A DNA stretch of 64,000 nt. It comes from Azolla caroliniana (taxonomy: Eukaryota > Plantae > Polypodiophyta). Shown here piece after piece: positions 12,406 to 22,500 of this stretch. Location: contig JBHGNT010000012.1 in NCBI GenBank assembly GCA_043228905.1, positions 15,934,001-15,998,000 of the forward strand. Reading direction: 5' to 3'. How positions within the stretch are numbered: position 1 is the first letter of the stretch; the number at the start of each line of letters is the position of its first letter. The notes under the pieces were generated by a model. That model made no database searches. It was not told where the DNA came from and saw nothing but the letters and a program-made list of their open reading frames with translations. Made by a program: the position numbers and the translations under genes.

Positions 12406-15400
12406 TGTAGAAATCGGCAACTATACAAATAGAGATTGAGAGCGAGATCACACATACACAAAATTGTTCTATATTAATTGTATGTTACATTAGCCCAAAT
12501 GGCTTCTTTGTAGAGACGATGAACAAAAAGTTATGTCTCTTCAAATGAAGAGTTTTCTCTAAAGTATAATAATAGAAATAACTTTTCGTAATAATAAATA
12601 AATATTATATTTAGATTAAATATTTCCACACCCCCCCTTAAGCTAAATATTATTTTATTCAAAAGTATTGTCGTTCGACGAATAGTTTGGCATTGTTAGA
12701 CCAATCTTTCGGCAACAAGCGATATGCTTTGTTTGAGGTACTGGCTTTGTTAGAAAATCGGCCCACATTAGTGTTGTGGACGCATACTTCAAATCTAGCT
12801 TCTTCTCTTCGATTAAGTCTCGTAGAAAGTGATGCTTGAAAGAGACATGTCGAATATTATCACTCATTTTTGGATTACAAGCTAACTTGATACATGATTG
12901 ATTATCACAATGAAGGATTAGCTTTGAGGTTTTAAACAAGTTAAGTTCTTCAAGTATGGAATGAATCCATATTCCTTCTTTAGCAGCGAGTGCGGCAGCT
13001 ACATATTCGGCTTCCGTTGAAGATAATGCAACCGTTGTTTGCTTCTTAGACCTCCATGCTATAGCGGCTCCGGCGAGACAATATACGAAGCCACTTGTTG
13101 ACTTACGACCATCAACATCCCCCCCCCAATCCGAGTCCGTCCATCCAGATAATTGTGATGGATTGGTCCATCCTTCAAGGTTCATGTTCATTGACTCGGA
13201 TTGCGATCTGGAGTAAGTTAACACCATATCTTTCGTTCGTTTTAGATAACGTAGTAGTCGTTTTAATGCTTGCCAATGTTTCGGTCCGGAATCCTGCATA
13301 AATCTCGAAAGAATTCCAACGGTGAAACATAAATCGGGACGTGTACAACTAACAAGGTAGCGTATACATCCAAGAATTTGCTTGTAAGGAACATTGAGCA
13401 TCTCATCTCGCTCTTTGATAGTTCGAGGAGCATCTTCGATTGATAATTTGCATGGAGTTGACATGGGTGTCGAGATAGGCTTGCAATGTAGCATGTCAAA
13501 ACGTTTTAATACACTTTCAATGTATTGAGTTTGGGAAAGAGAAATGGTTCCTTTGGCACGATCTCTTTGTAGGTTCATTCCAAGGAAATACTTCATTGGA
13601 CCAAGGTCAGTTATTGGAAAAGCTTGTTGAAGTTCCTTCTTCGCAAGTTGTAGATACGCGAGTGAGTTGGCAAGTAGAGGTAAGTCATCGACATAAACAC
13701 CGATTATGATGAAATTATTCTTAGCTCTTTTAATATATACATTTGGTTCATTCTTTAGTCGTTTATATCCATTCTTAGTTAGAAAATTATGAAGTCGATG
13801 ATACCAAACTCGTGGAGATTGTCGTAGACCGTATAAGGATCGATGTAGGCGACATACAGCATTTGGTTGAGTTGAATCTTCAAAATGTGGTGGTTGTTGC
13901 ATATAGATCTCTTCTTCGAGTTCTCCATGAAGGAAAGCGGTTTGAACATCTAAGTGATGAAGTTCCAAATCAAGTTCGACGGCGAGAGAGACGAATATGC
14001 GAAATGTGATACTTCGCAATGTAGGGCTAAATGTATCTTTGAAGTCGATTCCAGGTATTTGCGAAAAACCACGAGCTACGAGACGAGCTTTGAAACGTAT
14101 AATATTTCCAGTAGCATCGGTCTTCTTCCGAAGAACCCACTTACAACTAACAATTTGTCGATCAGGTGGTGGATCGACAAAGCTCCAAGTTTTGTTCTTT
14201 AATAAGGCTGTCATCTCTTCTTCCATGGCTGCTCTCCATTTAGGGCCATCGGTACCAGACAACGCTTCGCGAACGGTAATAATTAATTCATTTGCGGTAT
14301 CTGGTTCTTCTTCAACTATGAGAGCGTCCATATCGAGGTCCACAAAGTGTGCCTCGAATTGGTCAAGTTCCTTATAGATATCGGACAAGGAGCGCGTACG
14401 ACGAGGTGGTGAGTCGTTATCATATGAGTTTGGATAGTCTTGCGAGGATTGTGATTGTGAGTTAATTGAAACATCACTAGTGATGTCGGGTGAGTGAAGA
14501 TGAAATGGCGGAATGATTTGAGAGGTTTGAGGGCTTTCAAGAGTATTTTGAATAGAATTCGAGAAATTAGATAAAGAGATTGGTAAAGTGGTAGATGTAT
14601 GTAAGCGTGGTGAAGATAAGGTTGATGTAGAGGATGTGTTTGTGAGGTCATCATAATGTGTAGAGTTAGATGGTGTGAAAACACTATCAAGATGTGGGTT
14701 AATATAGTTAGTTTGTTTAGGTTGGGTATTTCTTTTATATTGGTTGGTTACATTTAAAGATGCATTTTTTATTTTACTTTTATTTTTATTAACTTTAAAT
14801 TTAAATATTGGCTTTTTATGTAGACGGAGTCGAACGGGAGGAGTTCTTGGAGGAGAGGAGATGGGAGGAGATGCAAGGGGTCGATGTGAAGGAGAGATTG
14901 GAGGAGGTGCAAGCGGTGGAGGTAGTGGCTGATCAACGTGAATAAGAGGGCGAGGGATTACCACATAACGATCGACAGCATCGAGGACTTCATCAAAGTG
15001 AGAGGCAACGTTGATATTGGCGGCTTTTCTTGATCGATTGTTGGCGGCGATAGTAGCGGCATCAACATTCTTCGCTCGATGGCCAGTGGGTATTCTCTTT
15101 GAAGGGCGGCAATTATCATCATCACTGTTGTGTTGGTGGCAAAGGGCGGCATCGACGGCGGTGCTGTTTTGGAGGCGGCGGTCGGCAGCAATAAAGATGT
15201 TTTGTTGGCGGGAGGCGGCGGCGGTAGTGTTGGTTGGGAGGCGGCGGTCGTCAGAACCAGAGATGTTTTCTTGGCGGAAGGAGGCGACGGTGGCGGTGCT
15301 GTTTGGGAGGCGGCGATAGTCTGCAACCGCCATGTCCTTTTGGCGGGAGATGTCGATGGCATCGGTGGCGGCGGCGCTGTTTGGAGGGCAGCAATTATCA

Positions 15401-17300
15401 TCAGCAACACTGCTGTTTGGGCGACAAAACGTGGCGGCGGTGGTGGTGGCGGCGACGGCGGTGTTTGCAGGGCGGCGAACAGTGGCGACATCATCTTTTG
15501 ACTGTTCGGCTCCTTCACGAGTATTAATTTTAGGGTTATGCGTTGGTGTCGTGGATTCAAGAAATGGTGACTCATCAAATTTGACGGTACGACTATAAAA
15601 GAACGTGTTCTTGCTTGGATCGAATAAACGGTAAGCCTTGTAGCCATTTGCATCTCCGTACCCAACAAAGATCGCTTTTCTTGCTCGTTGTTCTAACTTG
15701 GATCGTTTTTCAGCAGGGACGAAGGCGTATGCAAGGCAACCAGAAATTTTGAGATCTTGCATATTTGGTTTTACTCCAAACCATAACTTGTATGGTGTGA
15801 TTAACCCAAGTGTTCGATGATAGTTGCGATTTTGGAGATAGCATGATGTTGCGACGGCTTCTTCCCAAAATGAGGGTGAAAGTGACGCTAGATTCAACAT
15901 GCTCCGGGCCGAATTAAGGAGTGTTCGATTCTTGCGTTCGGCTAGACCATTTTGTTGTGGTGTTGAAGGAACAGAAATTCGTTGTAAAATTCCATGGTCT
16001 TTACAAAATTTTGTAAACTTGTTAGATGTATATTCTCCTCCCCCGTCAGATTGTAGACATTTCAATTGTAGATTTAGTTGCTTTTCTGTTAGTGATTTGT
16101 AATTTGTAAAAGCAATGAACGCTTGGTCTTTGCTTTTGAGAAATGTTAGTATTGTAAACCTTGTATAATCATCGATGAAACTAATGAAATACTTTGATTT
16201 TAAAAGTGATTGAGTTGGGAATGGACCGCATATGTCACTATGGACGAGTTCAAGAGGTCGACTTCTTCGTGAGTTACTTGTAGGAAACTTTGATGATGCC
16301 ATTTTGCCGAACAAGCATGCCTCACATAAGTCGATTTTGCAAAACATATCCTTTGGGACTCCTTGAGCGAGGTTGTGAGTTTGGAGTGTTCGCATAGCAG
16401 CAAGGTGTGGATGTCCAAGTCGGTAATGCCAAAGTAGAGTGAGTTCTTGTTGTCTTTCGATTTCGGTTGTGTGAACTTCGATTGTTGATTGGGTTGTTGG
16501 ATGTACACTAATGGGATATAACCCTCCTTGTCTTTTGCAAGAAGTTCGTATTGTGAGACCATTTGGTAGAAGGTGACGAATCACGGCTTGGTTATGATGG
16601 AACTCGATGATGGTTCCATTCGAAGTTGCTTGACTTATCGAGAGAAGGTTCTTGGTGATACCAGGTACGTGGTACACATAATTGATCATGAAGTTTCCTC
16701 CTCCGGGGAGATGAAATGTAAGTTGGCCTTTGCCTAATGCTTGTTTTACTCCATTATTTCCAAATCTAACAGTTATTGGATTTTGTAGAGGTGTGTACCT
16801 TTGAAGCCAATCTGATCGATGTGTAAGATGATTTGTTGCTCCGATGTCGAGATACCATTTGTCGTCCTTCTTTGTTGGTATGTCTGCGACAAGTGCTTCA
16901 GCTACGAAAGCTTGCATCAAGTCACTGTAACCTTCTTCTTCATATTCATTCTTTTCTTCCATCGAGGCGGCATAGACCTCTTCTTCTTCTTCTTCTTCTT
17001 CTTCTTCTTCATTTCTCTCTTCCTCAAATTCCTCGACAATGTGCGCTTGTGGTCGGCGAATATTGCTTGGAATATTGTAGAAATCGGCAACTATACAAAT
17101 AGAGATTGAGAGAGAGATCACACATACACAAAATTGTTCTATATTAATTGTATGTTACATTAGCCCAAATGGCTTCTTTGTAGAGACGATGAACAAAAAG
17201 TTATGTCTCTTCAAATGAAGAGTTTTCTCTAAAGTATAATAATGGAAATAACTTTTCGTAATAATAAATAAATATTATATTTAGATTAAATATTTCCACA
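12406..17300 (-). mobile_element. Ty1/copia element D with TSD GGGTG, lacking PBS, leader and nearly all of gag
   Basis: 225-bp LTRs at 12406-12630 and 17076-17300 with two differences seen. TSD GGGTG at 12401-12405 and 17301-17305. PPT at 12631-12640. The 5' LTR abuts sequence just downstream of the gag zinc knuckle. Confidence 0.96.
12655..17121 (-). CDS. pol: Uninterrupted copia pol polyprotein (PR-IN-RT-RNase H), 1488 aa; the first ~15 codons derive from the LTR
   Basis: Single ORF with WYLDIGA, WHYRLGH/CEAC, HSDICGP...SDGGGEY...NGLAERKNR, YVDD, DSDWGG and ADFLTK. Confidence 0.9.
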   Translation of the reverse strand: MISLSISICIVADFYNIPSNIRRPQAHIVEEFEEERNEEEEEEEEEEEVYAASMEEKNEYEEEGYSDLMQAFVAEALVADIPTKKDDKWYLDIGATNHLTHRSDWLQRYTPLQNPITVRFGNNGVKQALGKGQLTFHLPGGGNFMINYVYHVPGITKNLLSISQATSNGTIIEFHHNQAVIRHLLPNGLTIRTSCKRQGGLYPISVHPTTQSTIEVHTTEIERQQELTLLWHYRLGHPHLAAMRTLQTHNLAQGVPKDMFCKIDLCEACLFGKMASSKFPTSNSRRSRPLELVHSDICGPFPTQSLLKSKYFISFIDDYTRFTILTFLKSKDQAFIAFTNYKSLTEKQLNLQLKCLQSDGGGEYTSNKFTKFCKDHGILQRISVPSTPQQNGLAERKNRTLLNSARSMLNLASLSPSFWEEAVATSCYLQNRNYHRTLGLITPYKLWFGVKPNMQDLKISGCLAYAFVPAEKRSKLEQRARKAIFVGYGDANGYKAYRLFDPSKNTFFYSRTVKFDESPFLESTTPTHNPKINTREGAEQSKDDVATVRRPANTAVAATTTAATFCRPNSSVADDNCCPPNSAAATDAIDISRQKDMAVADYRRLPNSTATVASFRQENISGSDDRRLPTNTTAAASRQQNIFIAADRRLQNSTAVDAALCHQHNSDDDNCRPSKRIPTGHRAKNVDAATIAANNRSRKAANINVASHFDEVLDAVDRYVVIPRPLIHVDQPLPPPLAPPPISPSHRPLASPPISSPPRTPPVRLRLHKKPIFKFKVNKNKSKIKNASLNVTNQYKRNTQPKQTNYINPHLDSVFTPSNSTHYDDLTNTSSTSTLSSPRLHTSTTLPISLSNFSNSIQNTLESPQTSQIIPPFHLHSPDITSDVSINSQSQSSQDYPNSYDNDSPPRRTRSLSDIYKELDQFEAHFVDLDMDALIVEEEPDTANELIITVREALSGTDGPKWRAAMEEEMTALLKNKTWSFVDPPPDRQIVSCKWVLRKKTDATGNIIRFKARLVARGFSQIPGIDFKDTFSPTLRSITFRIFVSLAVELDLELHHLDVQTAFLHGELEEEIYMQQPPHFEDSTQPNAVCRLHRSLYGLRQSPRVWYHRLHNFLTKNGYKRLKNEPNVYIKRAKNNFIIIGVYVDDLPLLANSLAYLQLAKKELQQAFPITDLGPMKYFLGMNLQRDRAKGTISLSQTQYIESVLKRFDMLHCKPISTPMSTPCKLSIEDAPRTIKERDEMLNVPYKQILGCIRYLVSCTRPDLCFTVGILSRFMQDSGPKHWQALKRLLRYLKRTKDMVLTYSRSQSESMNMNLEGWTNPSQLSGWTDSDWGGDVDGRKSTSGFVYCLAGAAIAWRSKKQTTVALSSTEAEYVAAALAAKEGIWIHSILEELNLFKTSKLILHCDNQSCIKLACNPKMSDNIRHVSFKHHFLRDLIEEKKLDLKYASTTLMWADFLTKPVPQTKHIACCRKIGLTMPNYSSNDNTFE

Positions 17301-19513
17301 GGGTGGCGAATAACTCCATGAGTTCGAAAGTCGTGCCGAACTGGAGGATGACGACGAACTCGTGAATGACTGCTAGAATTTCGTGATAAGTGAGGACCTT
17401 GCTTTCTTCTGTTGTAGATTCCTGGTGAGCGTAGTTCCTTCTGCTGAAACTGAAACGACTGTTGTCATCGACACGGCGGCAACTGGCGTCTCCTTGGCCG
17501 ATTTCGTCGCGGCAGTTTTTGCCAAACCTTGTCCATGTTTTCAATCCAGCCGACAGCGTTTCGGATTGGGGCTTCGGGGAATCTCCTCCTGCTCGCTTGG
17601 TTGGCTAACCCACTCCGCTGATTCTGCCTGTTGAACCAGAGGTGTGGGATCGACTATCGGCTTCGGTAGGCCGGAGGGCGCATGTTGTGGAGGCCATTCG
17701 TTCTCCTCGTCTTGCTATTCAACTGTACAGAGGCCACAAAGCCGAAGCTTCTGGCCGGAGACTAGCGGCTAAGATGGTGACGGGTGAACCGCAGTTGGAC
17801 CAGGGAGTGCCGCTGTCGGCGGAAACAATACTATCAAGTATTGTGCGATGATTGAGAGCAATTTTCCCCCGGCATATTGGGTGAGGAGTCCGGCCGGTTA
17901 GGCTGCGCATGTGACAAAGCCCCAATCCATTGAGTTGTATTCGTACATTGTGATAATTACTCTTGCCTTGTGCATCGACATCCCATAAGATTTCAAATGC
18001 ACGCTGGCGTGCAACAAAAACTTCTCGACATCCCGAAAGAAGATGTTTGAAGCCTTTGCGGAGGCAGAATATTGCCCAAAATATTTTTCCAACACTGCGG
18101 TGGGAGGACTATTGAAACACCGGTCTCCTAGTGGGCTCAGGCCGAACTTTTTTGTGATTGTGGCGTTGGTGATAGTATCAACATTAATCTTTACTCCAAT
18201 GTCGTGGGCGTTGGGGTGCGGTTGGGCCTCGACGACTCTGATATAACCTGCCAAGCTGTGGTCATGGAGCCTTTGTCATAGGGTAGAGGAAATGTCGATG
18301 GCCATGGTGACGAGAGGGTTGATTTTTGTAGAAGGGTTATCTACGTGCAGAGAGTGAGGAGAGGATAAAGGAGGGGAGTGAGGGAGTGGTTTACCTTCGT
18401 CTGTGCGTGAAGTATTTTGTGGAAGGCTGAGGCCTGCTTTTTTGTATGGTCTAGCGAGGGAAACCAACTTCCGAGATTCTTCAAGCCATGGCACCACACG
18501 CGTGAACAACAAGGTTCTTGCTTTCTTGGGGTTCGTCCCTGCATGCAAGAGGTCTTTAAATAGTTCTGAATGCCCCTCCCCCCTTTTCTTTTCAGTTGAG
18601 AAGGACAATATACAATCATTTTACTATAATGCTGGATTAAGAATCACTCTATTTATAGAGAGTGGGGTCCATCATGCGAGGTAAATTTGGCGGGGAGTGG
18701 CCAGGCGGTTGATTCGTTGGCTGTTTCGCAAATGGGTTCGGTGGTGTGGGTCCCAAGTATGGTGTTGTGAAGAAAACCGGCCCGAGGAGGAATCAAGGAA
18801 TTAAAGGCATGAATCCGCCCTTGCACGAGTGTGCGCAAATTGGTACATCGCACATAACTAAGAATAGGATGGCTGATGTAAATATACTAAGTATGACATA
18901 TTTATTAGCTAGGAGATCGACACGTATCTCTGTCCGAAAGGACAGAGAATAAAGTTGATGTAACGGCCTCCTCGGCGACCTATAAAAGGGAGGGGAGAAG
19001 AACAAGAAGGTATCGCGTTTTGGCAAGGACGAGGTGTTGTCGGACTAGGTATTGAGCTCTCTCCTCCTCTATCGCTGCTCTCCACTCTATTTCTGCATTG
19101 GTTGCCTCTTCTGCGCGTAAGCCGTGTGTTTCCAGCAAAGGCTCCATCGTGCGTTCTCTGTGTCGTGTGTGTGTGCGTGGGTTTCTGTGTGTCGGGTTGG
19201 TTGCCAACTTCTCGGTTGTAATCTTGCATACATTGTAACCTTGCTAGTTATTGAATTCAAACTTCTATTTTCTCTCTCTTGTGTTCTCGTGAGTTCCCTC
19301 TACCTTGTCCGGTGAGCGTGGATCACGTTCGGAGACTATATGCGTTCCGGTCTTATTTGGCCAGTAACATTGTCGGCAACAAGTAGGCTTAGTTGGTGAT
19401 ACGCTCACGTATCTCTCTCTCTCTCCCTTTTGATCTCTTAAACCCCTCAATCCAAGACCCCAGCGGTCCCACCTTAGCTTCTCCCACGTGAGCGGAAATA
19501 CACGACATTAATT

Positions 19514-19531
19514 TCGTGATCCTGACGTGAA
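19514..19531 (+). promoter_or_regulatory. Degenerate PBS of E, complementary to the tRNA-Trp 3' end
   Basis: TCGTGATCCTGACGTGAA lies 6 nt after the LTR end. It compares with TGGTGAACCCGACGTGAA, the complement of the plant tRNA-Trp 3' end as recalled (3 mismatches). Confidence 0.65.
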
Positions 19532-19548
19532 ACAAGGCAGCAAAGGAG

Positions 19549-22500
19549 TTGAAGATGAGGGGATTGGACCTCGCCGAAGCCATGGTGGCAACGGTTGTCC
19601 GGATAGTAAGCGCTCGCGAGGGCACAGGTGCCCTCGACAGGGCCATTGAAGCGATTGTCGACGCGATAGGCCGGTTCAATGGTAGGAACGCCACGAGTTA
19701 TTTAGAGGCCTACCGGGCCAAAATGGTGATGAGGGACATTTCGGAAGATAGGCGGTTGTCCGGTTTCCCTCGGGTGGCGACGCCAAGCATTCACGCAGAG
19801 CTAGTCGAGGTACAAGCTGGGTGCCAAACCTGGGGAGCGTTTGAAGGTCCGATCCTCGAGAAATACGGGCTCGATGATTCGCTTTCGCTATCAAAGCCAG
19901 AGCTCATGGAGTGGGCGGAGACCCTTGGAAAGGCGAGGAAAACATCTTCGCTCCTCCAGGAATTTGAAAAACGGTTCGCTCGGTTGTTTGCGTTGGACCG
20001 GACTATGCTCGACACGAGCCGGGTCTTGTTGTTCGTCAAAGCGGTGGACACATTGGACCGGGAGAAAGTGGGTCTCCTATTGGAGATGGACGAAGGGTTT
20101 ACGACAGACTAGGTTGTGGTGAAACAAGTTTGTAGTCGGTTCGACAAATGACGTGAATAGAGCGACGAGGGGTCGCCAGCAGCAAGGTCGGTCCTAGAAA
20201 GGGGGTTCGAGGAGCCGACATTGGTAAGGAAAGATCACGCAGGCCGTGGCTGGAGTCGGGTTTAGGGGTTTAGGGTTTAGGGTTTAGATCTCCAGATCGC
20301 GCAGGCCTGGAGGGACAACGACGAACAACCTCATGACCGGAGGCCGCCGGCAGGGCAACAGTGCATGTGGTGTGACGCGGTCAGTCACATCCGGAAGGGG
20401 TGCACCGATTTTGTAGAAGCACTCAGGACTAACGCGGTGTACCTCTGGAATAGGCGGGTTCATGTGAGCGAGACTCGGAAAGCCCTCGAGTTGAATACCG
20501 GGCGCAGCGGAATGAAGCGGATGATGGAGGAAGCCGCGACGCAACACGGAGAGGCTGTCCACTACTCTACGTCGGTGGGTAGCCGGGTCGGGGGCGACAA
20601 GGGCCGAAAGGCGAAAGACTTCGGATTCTGGCCGCTATTGCTAGAAGGCCTCCCGGGGTTTGGCTGAGGAAAGAGAAAGTGGACCGCGTAGAGCAGTGGA
20701 TTCGGGAGGTCACTAGATGGCACGACCCGGTTGAAGAAAAGACCGGCTTCGTGGAAGCCACATGCCAGAACTACGAGGTTTTGGTAGAAGACAAGCGCAC
20801 GGGAAAGGCTTGAGGGGCCGGTCCCTCATAACGGTACGAGACCTGGTTTGGACCGAAGCCGAACGATGCCACCAAAACCGGCGTGCCGGATAGAAAGAAG
20901 CAGGCCGGCTTCCGACTGAGCACCGAAATCGAGCGAACGACGGAGCTACGAAAGGTCCTTGAGGAACGGATCCTCGACAACAAGGTGGAGTTATCGTTAC
21001 GAGAGGTACTCGGGATTGCCAAGAAGGAGTTCCACGACTCCATTGTAGACTTGGTAAAGCGTATGCGGCTCTCGACGGAGCCGAAGCCGGAGAAGCCTGT
21101 AGAGGTGCGGACGACATGCCTAGAAGACACGGCCCTAGAGGACGAGTTGGCGGACAACCACTATTCGAAGTTGCATTGGGCCAGAGCCACTACGGAACCC
21201 CTGCTTGGATCGGGGACGTTGTGGAGCCGGTGGTGGCATTGATAGACCATGGATCCATAATCAACCTGATGTGCATGGATTTCTATAAGAAAGGGAAATG
21301 GCCAATCTACACCAAGCACGGGTGGAAGATACATGTGGCGACGCGCGCTACAAAGGAGCTACATGGTGGATGCCCAAATGTACACTTAAAGATCGGCGAC
21401 GTCGAGATAGATCAACACTTCTTTGTGCAGGAGACATCCTCGCACCCGGTGATACTCGGCGAACCGTACATTACGGCGGCACGCATGGAAACGAAGGTGC
21501 TAGACAACGGTTCGGCATACGCGCGCGTGAAGAGCCATGACGGGTAGCACTCCGTTCAATTTCTGACTGTGAGGCCGAATCATGAGCGTACCACACATTT
21601 TTAGAGAGGGGTATCAAGGCGTGGGGCCACGGTAGTCCGGACACCCCAGAGAAACCCCACACATGTACCATAGATAGGAAATTTTGGTTCTCCGATAACG
21701 GAGGTTGTACTAGTGCCGGTATCAGTGGTTGGGAAAAGAATTGGGCGGAGGAGAGATTCAGGGTATGTGGTGTCCTCGGCCCTGGCGAAGAGATTGGTAG
21801 TGCCATGGAGGAGGTGGTCTCCTTTGATGACACCTTGGGGGAATTACGCGGTGTGGTCAAAGAAGGCCTTAGTGAAGACCAGACGATTTCGGTTAGCTCG
21901 GTGGAGATGTACAAAGTCATTGCTGACTTCGGAGAAAAGGTCGAGTTGGACTGAACGGGTCGCGTGGATACAAGGTACAAGACTGTGGACCGGAAGGTGA
22001 GGCTAGTCGCGGCTCCCTTGCTGGAGGGCAGCAAGGAGCGGATAAAAGGGGTCACGTCTGACCCAAGTTTGCGGAATCCGGGCGGCATAGGACACCGGTT
22101 CATTGACATAACGCTACTGGAGCTCAAGGTTGGTCGGGGTGGCTTTCTAATGCTGGCGGAGGAGGACCAGTTTCGGAGGATGCTCGGAAGGCATGGGAAG
22201 GCCTTCGCATTCTCATCGGAGGAGATCGGGTGAGTAGACCCGACGATCATAGAACCGATGGTGATATTCACGGTGTTGCATGTGCTGTGGAATGTCAAAT
22301 CGATTCCGGTACCCAGAGCTCACGTCCCGAAGTTGATGGAGCTGTTGAAATAGAAAGTGGAGATGGGCATCCTCCAGCCGTCGAGTGACTCGTATTCGAA
22401 TTGGTGGTTCACCGTACCGAAAAAGAACGTCACACTGTGCTTCATACAGGAGCTGCAACCGGTCAACAAGGTGACCATTCGAAACGTAGGTATCGGACCG

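Larger units (their letters stand above)
6596..18305 (-). pseudogene. Extra ORF downstream of pol in element I (conserved N-terminal domain, Pro-rich linker, coiled-coil-like C-terminus), split by D and C and cut by B
   Basis: GYIRVVEAQPHPNAHDI...LEKYFGQY...DWGFVT...IIAQYLIVLFPP aligns by eye with J. The 11967-12305 frame (KVQALQEEVKA) continues across the C TSD into NHAVTVKAKKAAANAETKID. Confidence 0.75.

Noticed and set aside
14958-15668. Gly-rich or Pro-rich host-like proteins
   Set aside because: These are shadow frames of the GC-rich linker inside the D pol ORF.
16978-17012. (GAA)n tract here and (AG)n tracts in the C and H LTRs as special features
   Set aside because: These are ordinary microsatellites. 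The GAA tract encodes the poly-Glu linker shared by B and D.
17060-17080. Self-priming site in D (ATATTCCA resembles the complement of the LTR start TGGAAATAT)
   Set aside because: The match is short, AT-rich and imperfect, is largely explained by the homologous coding sequence in B, and U3 is not at the RNA 5' end.
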